A stretch of DNA of 64,000 nucleotides from Octopus sinensis (taxonomy: Eukaryota). The notes beneath the pieces are model-generated. The model saw only the letters and a program-made list of their open reading frames with translations. It ran no database searches and was not told the origin of the DNA. Location of the stretch: the NCBI RefSeq assembly GCF_006345805.1, contig NC_043004.1, forward strand, positions 59,892,001-59,956,000. The letters run 5' to 3'. Both the position numbers and the translations under genes were made by a program. Shown here piece by piece: positions 24,796 through 38,315 of this stretch. Each line of letters opens with the position of its first letter. Positions within the stretch are counted from its first letter, which is position 1.

Positions 24796-25198
24796 ACTCT
24801 TTTACTCTTTTACTTGTTTCAGTAATTTGACTGCGGCCATGCTGGAGCACCACCTTTAATCGAGCAACTCGACCCCGGGACTTATTCTTTGTAAGCCCAG
24901 TACTAATTCTGCCGGTCTCTTTTGCCGAACAGCTAAGTTACGGGGACGCAAACACGCCAGCATCGGTTGTGAAGCAATGCTAGGGGGACAAACACAGACA
25001 CACAAACATACACACACATACATATATATACATATATACGACAGGCTTCTTTCAGTTTCCATCTACTAAATCCACTCACAAGGCTTTGGTTGGCCCGAGG
25101 CTATAGTAGAAGACACTTGTCCAAGGTGCCACACATTCGGACTGAACCCCGAACCATGTGGTTGGTAAACACGCTACTTACCACACAGCCACTCCTGC
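24796..25198 (-). mobile_element. SINE family A, full length (right member of tail-to-tail pair)
   Basis: Tail at 24796, head gcaggagtggct near 25198 on minus. Confidence 0.9.
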
Positions 25199-25199
25199 G

Positions 25200-25298
25200 C
25201 CTATATATATATTTATATATACATACACACACATATAGAATAGATATATATATACCCATGTATATATGATATATTATATAATATATATATGAATATAG

Positions 25299-25345
<47 letters not shown>

Positions 25346-26388
25346 ATGAGATATAGTTATATATATAAATGCATGTATGTATAAATGCACGAATTTATAT
25401 ACATGTATATAAATCCGTGCATATATAAGTGTATATAGTTTATGTGCTTATCTGTATTTGTGTGTATGTGTGACTTTATCTGTTTGCGTGTGTGCATGTG
25501 TGTATATGTGTGTGTATGTGTGTGTGTGTGTGTGCGTGAATATGACTGTTTGTGCGCATAGACGCGTTTAACGACGTCAACATTACGTTATATTAAAAAC
25601 ATGACGCCAACACAATTTAGCATCACCTTCAAATGTATTCAACATTGAAATTGTTTGCCCTGTTAGCTGTCTGATTTGGATAATATAGATAACAAAGATA
25701 ATTGAAGAGATAAAAATTTGCATATGACCTCTTAAATTACTCATCGAAAATATTGTCTTCAATATTCTAATGCACTAACATACATACATACATATCATAG
25801 CCAGCGCCACCAGCAACGCATATATATATATATATATTATATATATATATATTATATACATATATATATAATACATATATATGCATATATATATATATAT
25901 ACATATATAGCATATATGCACTTACATAATGTATAAGCGTGTGTATAAACCCTCTCTCTCTCTCTTGCTGTATATACATTCATCCAGCCGTCAATATTTG
26001 TTTCTCTCTACACACACAAGCACACTCACACACACACGCACATACGTACACACGCATATGTACTTTTGTATGTATACATACATACAAGTATACCCGCGTG
26101 GATACACTAACACATACGTATATATATATATATATATGTATATATAGATATATATATATGCTTGTACTCACGTGCGTATGTAAGTTTATACCTATATCTA
26201 TCTATATATATTATATATATATATATAGCGAGAGAAGAGAGAGAGACAGAGACAGACAGAGAGACAGGCAGAGATAGATAGATATAGATATACATATATA
26301 TATATATATATTTATGTGTGTATATGCATATATATATCATACATACTTATATTATATATAGATATATATATATATATATTATATATAT

Positions 26389-26425
<37 letters not shown>

Positions 26426-27180
26426 ATATATATGGAATAGTTTTATGTGACTGCATTAACGCTAAAACAAAACATACGCCTATAATTAAATTGACCCTGG
26501 TTAACAGAGGAACTGCAAGAATAGTAAAATCGATACTGTTCAATGCATAATAAAATACTTCTTTTATAACGCAACTTGAGAAACTCTTTGTTTTGGCCGT
26601 TTGACCAATATACACACATCATTTCTTCCTTAGATATCGTGATATTCTTCATTTGTAATTTCTTTTCCGTTTTCGTATTTTATTGTGTGAATTGCAACGA
26701 GGTGTAAGTTATGAAAAATTATTTTGCTGTTTTGACTTTCATACAAAATATAAAGTTTACTATGCGGCGTTTTTATTTGTTAAGCTTTACGTATGATTCT
26801 CTTGGATGTTTTATAATTTACATTTTATGTTTGCTATACATAAACAATGCATTCAGCCTCGTACCGTCTTATGTATGAATATGTATATGTGTGTGTGTGT
26901 GTGTGTATACATACAAATATATATATATATGAGTGTGTGTGTGAATGTGTGTATAGATATAGATATACATGTCTATGTGTGTATGTATACACATATTTGC
27001 TTATGCATACATACACTCACAAACACACACGCATATATATATACACTCACAAACGCACACGCATATATATATATATTCACATACATAGATCTGTACTCAC
27101 ATACATACCAACATACATTCATACATACATAGGCACGTACGTCGGTCCGTATATATATGTATATATATATATATGTATAA
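25200..27180. repeat. Mostly TA/CA/GA low-complexity sequence with short unique islands
   Basis: Blocks at about 25200-25540, 25770-26420 and 26860-27180. Confidence 0.85.
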
Positions 27181-27674
27181 ATATATGTTGCTGGCTTTTG
27201 TAGATTTAACTGCTGAATTGGTTCCTTGTGCAAAGTGCTATAATCGAGCAGTTTTCAGCAATCGATTACATTTTTATAGGAGAAATATTTGTTCTGAGTT
27301 CAATATGACTCATCGGAATCAACATTTATATTTTCCTATCAGAGTTCGACTAAGTGATTCCGGCTCGCTTATATTCTTTATAATTCCATTTACGTCGAGA
27401 ATGCTTTGTAAAATTTTGAATCATTCCGTTTACTTTTTTGGTACTTTATTTTATGAATAAAATGAAGACGAATTTGATCTTGATTGATTTTATATGATAT
27501 TACTACAAAGAATAATAATTTTTTCTCTACTAGTTAAATGCTCCTTCGAAGCAAAATCTATATTTTGCTGGTACTACGCAGTGAATTGTGTATTTACTTT
27601 AGTTAGAATCCTAAAATTTACCGCTTTTTTCGGCGGTCAAGCTGGGGTACAACCTAGAATGATTTGTATTAGTC

Positions 27675-28017
27675 AAATGAATCGACCCCAGTACTTATTG
27701 TTTTGTTCAACTGATTTTTGCTAAACCTGATATTTATTCGATCCGTCTCTTTTGTCGGATTGAAAAGTTACTGGGGCGTAAACATGCCAACACTGGTTGT
27801 CAAGCATTGGCGGCGGACAAACAAACACACACATGTATACATATATATTTATATATATATATATATATATATATACTTGTAAAGAGGACGGGCTTCCTTC
27901 AGTTTCCGCCTAACAAATCCAGTCAAAAAGATTTTGTTGACATAAGGTTATAGTAGAAGACACTTGCTCCACTTGCCCACTGTTCCACGCTGTGGAACTG
28001 AACCCGAAAATATGTGA
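27675..28017 (-). mobile_element. Diverged SINE family A
   Basis: ggttgtcaagc, gacgggcttccttcagtttccg and tatagtagaagacacttg blocks in the expected order. Confidence 0.7.
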
Positions 28018-28826
28018 AATATATATCTCTGTGAGTGTGTGTACATGAGTGTGCTTATGTGTAGATGTATATATATATATATGTATATATGTGTGTATGT
28101 GTCTGTATACACATACATGCATGTATATGTATATATATTTTCTCTAAACACACGTTCATATTTGAATTTTTTGCGCTTCAATAATTTTTCTACGATTTTA
28201 CTCATTCTCAAATTTGATGGAAATATAGCGATACGTAAGCTGACTCAAGAAATCTCTAGTGAGAGTTATTATTGCTGTACCTGTAGAGATCCAGAACGGG
28301 TCGAAACAGGTGTTGTACTCAATAAAGTCAATTACACATTCCATCTCTTTTTTTTTATATTGTGACGTCAACTGCCACTACAATGTTCTTGCAATAAATT
28401 TGCGTATAACAACTGGTAATCAAAACTCTACCTGCGCTCTACTCATCATCAGTTGATACATTTTGTATAATTTCTCCATAAACAATAATAAATCTCTGGG
28501 CGAGATATAAACAGTGGCAGCACGGCATCGTGAAATATATTTGTCACATAAATGTGACTAACCCTATAGGGTCGATGCTACTGTAGCTTGTAGCTCCAGG
28601 AAGACATTTCCTCCAGCTGGTTATTGACACATTATCTGTGCCCAATCAGTTTTTGCAAAGGAAATCATCATTCTCATCTCCAGACTAACGTGAAACACAC
28701 GGACCCGAGTTTCTTGGTATTGATCTGTCCTCACCGGTTAGCGATGGGAATTGAGTCTCAATGTAATTATATATATTTTTTCCACTGACGAAAAGTCACT
28801 GATCTCGAAAAAGAGGAAACAAGCAA

Positions 28827-28857
<31 letters not shown>

Positions 28858-28890
28858 CATACATACTACATACATACATACATATATAAA

Positions 28891-29170
28891 TAAATGAAAG
28901 TATGGAGTTGAACGACGATTTAACAAAATTCCTTTATTCTCGACATATGTTTCGAAGGCTGCATATTCCTAATTTCGAAGGAATAAGGGGTGCATTATGC
29001 CGCCTTCTCATCAGGAAAAACAAATTTCCACACAAATTTCCACACGAAAGCACGTGATATCTGCCCTTGGCATGTAGCTTCAACCGTGTTTTTCTGACGT
29101 GAATTTGCTACCCATGTATCGGTTAACCGAATTATCCATACTAAGATAATTCATTCAACTACTTAAATAT
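28891..29170 (-). mobile_element. Non-coding hammerhead-bearing element in microsatellite context
   Basis: Both ends match the internally deleted copy at 57651-57752. Confidence 0.7.
28937..29019 (-). ncRNA. Type I hammerhead ribozyme, fully canonical core
   Basis: Minus: UUUUC CUGAUGA GAAGGC-(42 nt)-GCCUUC GAA ACAUAUGU C GAGAA; predicted cleavage after GUC between 28942 and 28941. Confidence 0.88.
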
Positions 29171-30112
29171 ACATACACAACACACACACACACACATATA
29201 TATATATATTATATATATATATATTATATATAATATGAGTAATTTAGTTCACACGTGATCTAAACGAATATGTACGCTAAGTGCTATAACTGGTCATCTG
29301 TTAGGTTCCAAGTTCACAGCTGACGCAGGAGCTAAGGATCTGTATTAGACTTCCGAGTTAGCGGATATATATAATATTAGAGGAAAAAGGACAACAAAAG
29401 CAGGTGCGAATATCTCAAGTCGTTTAGAATATCTAGTTAGAATAAGGTGAATTTGAAGTCTTACATCTGTTTCTGGCATATGTTAAGTGATTGGCTAGCA
29501 TGTCTGAACACTGGGTATTCCGTCATCAGAGTGAGTATGCATGAAAGTTTTATAGAGGGAAATTCACGGTCTATAAGGATTGAAATAGTAGATAGAAGAA
29601 GAGTAAAACTGTTGTTAGAAGAATACAGACAGGAGAATAAAGGTCACAGCTCACCTTCTTCTCCAAGGTATGGACTTTGGTCCGTACTTCCTTGAAGTAA
29701 TAGGCCCTTAGGTATAAACCTAGGTGAAATCAGGCAGTAAATTGGCAGTATTTTGAATGTTCCGTTCCCTGTTGAAGGAATATATTAAGGGGTTAGCTAG
29801 TATGAAAAAGGGCGACGTGGGCCTATAGAGTGAAAAAAGTAGACAGCATGATAAACAGATATGGGTTATGAATGAGTGAATAGAAGAACTATAAGAAAAA
29901 GAGAAAAGGATCGGTGAAGGATCGGTGCTAGATGGGGTCGAAACATTTGTAGTGATTAATAATCATTCCCGTATTTTCCATCTTCCGTCTCTCTGTCTCA
30001 TTAATCAAAAGCCTAACGAACATTGAGTGTTAACGTGCTCTACCGGTAAGCTATCAGGTGTATACCATACGTTTATTATCTAATATACACCGCCGACACA
30101 GACATACACACA

Positions 30113-30150
<38 letters not shown>

Positions 30151-30246
30151 CGTATGTATGTATTTGTGTATATCTCTCTATCCATATATGTATATAAGTA
30201 TATATAACTGATATAGAAATCTTGAAAACGAATTTCTGTGTGTCAG

Positions 30247-30277
<31 letters not shown>

Positions 30278-30278
30278 A

Positions 30279-30333
<55 letters not shown>

Positions 30334-30599
30334 TACAGATAGATAGATAGAGAGGCGGGAAGTAAAAGAGAGGCAAAGAAATGCAGCTTAGGTGTGAGTT
30401 CGAGTCTCATAGCCGGCCGCCAACACAATTTTTTCTGCAAAATAGTGGTAGCTTATCTTGTTCAGGCTATATTATTAGCATTATCCTGCGTTTGGGAATT
30501 TAAAATCACTTCTTTAACTTTTTAACATGTTTTTTATAAATCAACTATCGTAAACATTTTATACGATAATCTCACGTTTTCAATGTATGTGTGTGTACC

Positions 30600-31412
30600 T
30601 TAAAAGACGTCAATCTTCACGACACACACCTTCACTCACTCTATCTCTCTTTTTCACCCTATTTCCCTCTCACATACACACACGCAAGCAAACACGCACA
30701 CTCACACACACACACACGTCTATTTCATATATCTTCTTTCAATTTCTGCTCTGCAAATAAATTTTTTACGGATACAACTGCTTACAAAACTAAGGATTAA
30801 TGGATAATTTCTTTCTATGTTCATAATTAAATCAATGTTTTAATGATTAGTCAGAAGTCCAATAGAATAGCTCTTAGAAACAGACTACGTAAAAATACGT
30901 CAATCATCACGGCACACAGCTTCACTCACTCACTCACTGTATCTCTTTTTCTCACCCTCTTTTTCTCTCGCATACACACGCGCAAGCACGCGCAAGCACG
31001 CACGCACACACACACGCACACATACACACATACACACACACACACACGTCTATTTCATATATCTTCTTTCAATTTCTGCTCTCTGTAGAATACAACTGCT
31101 TACAGAAATAGGGAGAAATGTCTAATTTCTTTCTATGTTCATAATTAAATCAATGTTTTAGTAATTAGACAGAGAGTCAATAGAATAGCTCTCAGAAACT
31201 GACTACGTACAAATTCGTTCTTCACAACTCCTACAGCTGTTTTCTGACGAGGATGACAGGAGCCAGGAAATTCTGTTACAGCTGGAGGCTCGAATCGAAA
31301 CGGGACCCGAACTGATAAGGTTGAGAAACGGTATTATATATTATGCCTAACCGAAAACGATCACAGCCACATCATCCAAACAGACCGGGTGAAACTGGGC
31401 TTACCTGCTAGT
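30600..31412 (+). mobile_element. Two tandem ~300-bp units followed by a Helitron-like 3' end
   Basis: cacacgtctatttcatatatcttctttcaatttctgctct...tcataattaaatcaatgtttta...caatagaatagctct occurs twice; ccgggtgaaactggg then CTAG|T at 31408-31412. Confidence 0.55.
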
Positions 31413-32327
31413 ATATATTTAAATGTATGAATTTTTTTCAATCTTTACAAATAACACGGAAAAATAAATAAATAGATACCAGGGTAGCAAAAATTCGCAT
31501 AATTGCCAAGAATATTACAGCCTATATTTAAAGGTAAAAATTCCAGGGTTAAGTGAAATATTTTTGCATAACGTAGATAAATTAAGAAATGGAGTCAAAT
31601 TATAACATTGATATTATTAACACTAATCATTCTTTGAACAATAATACAACAATATCAATATTTCTGATATAAATTCGAATAATATTTGTTTCGTTAGCAG
31701 TAATACTAAAACTAGAAACTTTGTTTATCAATGTAAAATTTATTCCGGGCATGATGTTCATTTGTTTACAGAGGTAGTTCACCGTCTAAGTTATCGAAAA
31801 GAATATCTAGCTATTACTCTATATTTAGACTTATCAATAAACACAACAATATTGGGCTTAGTAAATTAATTTGGTCTCTGAAGTAACATGATACACAATT
31901 TCATTTGGAATGGAATATTCTATCTAGATCCTTCCCATATGATAAAGGTAAATCTCTTTGTCCACTCTATAACAAAAATAATTTTCCATCCTCTTATCGG
32001 AAAAGTCTGTTGTATATATGTTTAATGAACGCATTTATCGTTGCAAATCATTGGCAAAACAAAACTTTATTTCTTCCACTCTATAAAATTCGAACTTTAA
32101 CTGTCTTCTTACATTTCATATCCACTACATATATCTACTTCAACGCTTTTAAGCTTTATTCTCATTCATCTTTCACACTATATTTCTCCACTCTTAATTT
32201 TCTGTTAATTTCTTTCTTTTGCTCCCCCAATTTCTGTAAATTGCCTTTGACGTTAAATCTATTAGCGTTTTTTTTTTAAATATAACTTGCCAGCGTTCTT
32301 TTTTATCATATAAGAGGTAATCTCATT

Positions 32328-32358
<31 letters not shown>

Positions 32359-32758
32359 CATCTACTGTTTAATGGTAAACTAACCTGATTAAATTAAATC
32401 AAGCCAATCTTCCATAGGCCCTTAGATTCATCAGTAAGAAATAGCCAAGTCGGAACAGATATTTTCACGAGGCATTACCGACCCTGCCTCGGCAATATCT
32501 GACCTAAAATTTTCAAATCATCGCACTCGCGCCAAATTTATCGGCAGCAAATAAATATAAGCCGCCGATTCCATTACGGAATTAACCACAAAATTCATAA
32601 TTAATCAATATAGGGTGGCAAAAAATTTTGTAGAATTTTTTTGCCACCAGCGGCCTAGTGGGAAAAAATTAAATAGTCATAGACCATTTTTAAGTTCAAC
32701 ATCACAATCAAGGAACGGCCATAATAGGCCATTCACCCACTAGAAATAACAGCCAAAG
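32359..32758 (-). mobile_element. Circularly permuted copy of the 19804-20352 element, with the 5' half of its hammerhead
   Basis: 32359-32440 matches 19950-20031; 32595-32758 is the reverse complement of 20187-20352; CUGAUGA on minus at 32434-32428. Confidence 0.85.
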
Positions 32759-32763
32759 TCAAA

Positions 32764-34200
32764 TTTTGTTCAAGTAGTGAGTTCTTGTTGGGTGAGTTGT
32801 ATCCAGTTTTGTTCAAGTAGTGAGTTCTTGTTGGGTGAGTTGTATACAATTAGGGGTGGCTTATCTGGTATTCTTTGAAGGAATCTATCCAGACTCTGTT
32901 TAAAGTTGATGGGATCCTTTTCCTCTTTGATCACCCTCGGAACAATGTTAAATAGGTCAGGGCCTGTTGAGGAAAAGAAATTATGTTGCAGTGTACATGT
33001 ATGTTGTGATCCTGAATTGGGTAGGGGACGTATAGCACGTGGTCCAAGTCTTGGATGAACCTTGAAGCTAATGTTTAGGTCGTTTGGGCAAAGTTGGCGG
33101 TATATTTTCCACATCGTACAAATGATGTACCGCTCATGGTGACGCTGGAGGGAGTATAGTTTCAAGGCTTTAAGGCGAACCCAATAATCGAGAGCAGCCA
33201 TGCCTTCAATTTGTTTAGTGAGTGCCCTCTGGGGTGAGTCAATTCTGGAGATGTTTTGTCTTGTGTGAGGAGACCACAGTGGGCAGCAGTATTCAAGGCG
33301 TGGCCGTACAAAGGAGGAAAAAAGTGGTATGATGACACCTTGTTCTCTGGACCGGAAAGTTCTTAAGATCCAGGAACTCATCCTACGAGCTATATCGACC
33401 TTCTTGTTGATGTGCGCACTCAACTGAGATCGTCATCACAATTACACCCACCAGGTCTCTGATATTGTTAGAGGCTGTGAGCAGTTCCCCTGAAGGAAGA
33501 GAGTATGGTTGTTTTAGTGAGGAATTTCTTCCAAAATGCATCAGCTCAAATATTTCCTCATTCAGTTGCATTTTGTTTCTGTCTGCCCATTGACTCACAG
33601 CATATAGATCAGACTGGAGTTGAGTCGGTCTGCTTCTTCATTGACGATTTGCCGGAGCTTAGTGTCATCAGCAAATATTTTCACTTTGGCAGTAATATAC
33701 GACACTGGAAAGGTCGTTTACGTAAATTATGAAGAGTAGCGGACCCAAAACAGTTCCCTGGGGAACACCGCTGTGACTTTTGCTGGGTTTGAGTGGACTC
33801 CATCAACTACAACATGTTGTGTTCTATTCGCCAGGAAATACTTAATCCAGTGTAGAACTTTTCCACGGATTCCACATTTGCCAATTTTGAGAGTAGGATG
33901 TTATGGTCTACCCTGTCGAACGCTTTACTGAAGTCAAGATATATCACGTCAGAGTTCGAACCTGTTCCCAAGGCTTTGCGTACATCTTCAATGTGGTGTA
34001 AGAGCTGTGTTAGACAGTCCCTGCCACAGCGAAAGCCATGCTGATTTGCATTTAGGAGTTTGTGGGTCTCCAGGAAGTCAGCTATCCTTGATCTTAACAC
34101 TTTTTCAAACACTTTAATGATGTGGGAGGTGAGTGAGATTGGGCGATAGTTGACTGCGAGAGATCTGTCTCCCTGTTTGAAAACCGGGATTACCGACTGG
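32764..34200 (-). mobile_element. 5'-truncated CR1-type LINE (reverse transcriptase), decayed
   Basis: VNYRPISLTS, QHGF, IYLDFSKAFDRVDH, GVPQGTVLGPLLF, FADD, VRPRLEYCCPLWSP; frameshifted. Confidence 0.92.
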
Positions 34201-34540
34201 GATAGAAACTGTTTCGATTAATATTTGTTTAAATTTTTTGCACAAGGCCAGTTGAATGTTTAAATATAATTTATTTAAAAACCAGGCAATTAACTGGTTA
34301 GATGTGTGTCAACGAGATATTTGATATATTAATTATTAATTAATATCCTGGAGAGAAAGAACCTAAAACAAAGCAAAAAATTTGAAAGGGTACGGAATTA
34401 ATGACAATTCGTTGTTTTCGAGAGTAGTTGTTCGTGAAAACGAGAGACACGTAAGAAAACTATGATGAAAAATATAGGCAGAAAAAATAAGACAAGTATA
34501 TTTAATAAAAGCTAAGAATAGTTATTCTTGGATTCTACTA

Positions 34541-34753
34541 TTCTTTTACTGGTTTCTGTTATGAGATTTGGGTCATGCTGGAGCACCGCCTTTATTCGAG
34601 CAAATTAAACCCAGGACGTATTCTTTGGAAGCCTACTACTTATTCTATCGGATTCTTTTGCCGAACCGCTAAGTTACGGGGACGTAAACACACCACTATC
34701 AATTGTCAAGCGATGTTGGGGGGACAAACACAGACGCACAAACATACATACAT

Positions 34754-34800
<47 letters not shown>

Positions 34801-34894
34801 ACCACGAGCATCTTTCAATTTCCGTCTACCAAATCCACTCACTTGTCCAAGGTGCTACCATGTGGCTGGTAAGTAAACTTCTCACCACACAGCC
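34541..34894 (-). mobile_element. SINE family A with internal deletion
   Basis: Colinear with other copies; part of the 5' half missing. Confidence 0.8.
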
Positions 34895-35829
34895 CGTCTA
34901 CATAATCGACTAAAACTATAGAATGTAGTCCTTACGTATATCAACAACTTTTGTGTGTAACGAATGTCTGAGTGAAAAATTTGCGATTCATTTCTAAGGT
35001 CAGAAATAACTGTAACAATGAAGAGAAGAAAGCAAGGATTGACCTATTTTTCTCTGCTTGGCAATTATCATTTTATTTAAAATTCTTGAAGAATTTGCTA
35101 GATTACAACTTAGCGAAGAACATCATTTTTCTCTTTTAAGCGTTTTTTTCATTACCCCATTAGCCATCGTTACTCACGAGAGCATTGTTTGTTTATAGAG
35201 AATCATGCGTAAAATAACCTGACAAGGCGAAATATTAATGAATGTTGTCTAAAACTTTAAAATGTTTAAAACATCGATTGAAAGTGATGTTACAAAACAT
35301 ATATGTGGGTTAGAATATCTTCTTAGGAATACATTTTCAGAAATCTTTGTAAAATTTGGTACAAAATACAAATAAAATAAAAATTATAAAGCAAACAACC
35401 GCAGAATTTGCAAATATTGGTGGCATTATGAGGGTAGAATAAATATTTATTATAAATTTTGCTTTGATTTTCATAATTATATGTTTATAAATTTATGTAT
35501 GAAACAAAATAATGAATAGAAGAAAATGGCGATGTAAAGTAGGAATAGAAACACAGTAACAAACAAAAGAATAGATTAGCGTTAATAGTGGCGGTGATGA
35601 GGCTGGATGTTGAAGTTATGGTGTTGATTGAAAGGTGAAGGCTTCGACGAAATAGAATATAATTGAGATTTGATTTAACAAAATCAACGGATCAATACTT
35701 AGAAATAAAGACTCACATACACACATAAATGTAACCTAAAATGCCACTCACATAATTCAACACGGAAACACACGCTTACATACATTGACCACCACACATA
35801 CACACCTAAATAATATACATATATGTGTA

Positions 35830-35855
35830 CGAATGTTTATTTTATATATATATAC

Positions 35856-35899
<44 letters not shown>

Positions 35900-36578
35900 T
35901 ATATATACATACATATATATAATACACGATCGCGCTCACACATACACATAGATAGAGTGAAAAAGAAAGAGAGAGGAAGAGTGGGCAAGAGAGTGAAAGA
36001 GAAAGAGATGGCTGGAAGCTTATACACACACACACATACACACATACATACACACACGTTTCTATATGTATTTGTGTTCTATCGTTGTACATAGAATTCT
36101 CGTCACTCAATCTGCTCTCTATTATTTCTACATATGTTATGCCATGCTTGTTGTCAATAACATCTTTAAGTTCATTTACATTCCATTCTTCTACACGTCT
36201 AACATGTTTCTTTCAATAATACCTTAAGCTCTTTTGACAGCTAATCGATTCTATTGAGCATTTTTATTGAACCATTTCTCGTTTTTTTTTTAAATATGAG
36301 ATCGTATTTCGTTTGGAAACTCGTGTATTGTGTTTGTGTGATTGTGAATGTTTGCATGCCTGTATGCATGAATGTATACATGTATGTATGTATTTATTTA
36401 TGTGTGCATGTATATACTACACATGTAGCGTATATATGTGTGTATACATACTTAAACACATACGCACACACACACATGCCTATATATATATAGAAATATC
36501 TCATAATATGTGAGTGTCCATGTTTGTAAACATATGCATGGGTATGTATATATATATATTTGTATGTATATATTTGTG

Positions 36579-36614
<36 letters not shown>

Positions 36615-36615
36615 C

Positions 36616-36671
<56 letters not shown>

Positions 36672-36804
36672 TACATACATATGTATATATATATATATGT
36701 GTATATATATATATATATATATTATACATATATATATATGTATATGCATACATATGTATATATATATATTATATATATATATATAAGAATATATATATAT
36801 CAGA

Positions 36805-36852
<48 letters not shown>

Positions 36853-36853
36853 G

Positions 36854-36887
<34 letters not shown>

Positions 36888-37369
36888 GTGTGTGTGTGTG
36901 TATGTATACATATGCATATCTATTTGTCTATGTATGTATATATGCAATCATACATGGAGCACGTGTAAGCCAATTTCATATGTAAATTTTCTGCTGTGCA
37001 AGTGTGCGTGAGCAATTCTATGTCAATACACAAAAAAAATTCATGATAAATAGGGGAGAGAGAGAGAGAGAGAGAGAGGAAGAGAGAGGGAGAGAGAGAG
37101 TGGCAAGAGAGAGAAAGAGAGTGAGAAAGAATGTGTTGTTAATTAGGACGAGAAGTGCTATACCAGGGAAATAGAGGGAGAAAGTTCAGTAACATGAAGG
37201 ACAGAGGAAATATAAGATACATTTCTGAGCGAATCCATATAGCTTCTAAGCTCTCCTTTCTCCCTATATCACCTCTCTCTCTTTCATCCTTTCTTTCTTT
37301 CTTTCTTTCTCTCTTTCTGTCTCTCCCATTAGCTATCCACCTATCTATCCATATGTCTGATCTTCCTGC

Positions 37370-37457
<88 letters not shown>

Positions 37458-37759
37458 GTCTGTCTATATATCTGTCTATCTATTTTTCTATCTATCTATC
37501 TATATATCTATATATCTATCCATCCCTATCTTTCTCTTTCTCACTCACCCTCTTTCTTTCTCTCTGTATATATACATATATGTATGTGGGTATATATGTG
37601 ATATATATATATGTATATACACACACATATATATATGTATACATATATATGCGTGTGTCTGTTCGTATATACATGTATGTTTGTATATGTATATAAATAT
37701 ATGTATGTATATCTATCTATTTCTCTATCTATATATATGTGTGTGTGTATGTATATATG

Positions 37760-37818
<59 letters not shown>

Positions 37819-37830
37819 TATATATATACA
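35830..37830. repeat. Extended low-complexity region (TA, CA, GA, TCTA repeats)
   Basis: Read directly from the sequence; source of many artefactual IYIY ORFs. Confidence 0.9.
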
Positions 37831-37860
37831 TACATGCAATATCTGCAAGTTGTGCATGTG

Positions 37861-38200
37861 CTCCCCTGTTTGTGTGGCATGGTGCAGAGCCCTGTTGTGA
37901 GACATAGGGTCTTCCAGCAGCAAACCACATGGCCCAGGGAGGCACTATCTCTACCAGGCACTTGATGTAGGACTCCGAGTTTAGTCTGAGTCCGTGTGGG
38001 AAGATGAATAAAGGCATAATATCGCCATCCCTATTGGGCAGTCCAAACAACATGATATTGAATGGATGCATGGGTCCGGCTACAGGTGGGATTGCCTGCA
38101 CCCACTAAAATTTTTGTGGGGTACAAAATCAAATCTGAATATCATGTCTTCCGAAGGGGTTGGAAAAAAATAAAACATTTGGTTCGGTAACAGTACCGTA
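37861..38200 (-). pseudogene. Tc1/mariner (maT-like) transposase catalytic-domain fragment
   Basis: HPFNIMLFG...DGDIMPLFIFPHGLRLNSESYIKCL...[15 protein letters not shown] corresponds to the QQDSAPCH motif; truncated by (TA)n. Confidence 0.75.
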
Positions 38201-38315
38201 GTGATGAAGATATCATGTCTGCTGTCGATAACTTTTTGACATGCAGAATGAAAACTTCCACAGCATATATACACACACATACGTGTGTGTGCGTATATAT
38301 ATATATATATATATA

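Noticed and set aside
29461-29535. Minus-strand CUGAUGA...GAAAC-AGAU-GUA
   Set aside because: Stems I and II do not pair convincingly.
31240-31312. Plus-strand hammerhead candidate CUGACGA...AUC-GAAAC
   Set aside because: Stem II is plausible, but stem III and the cleavage triplet are broken (GAAACGGGAC); at most a relic.
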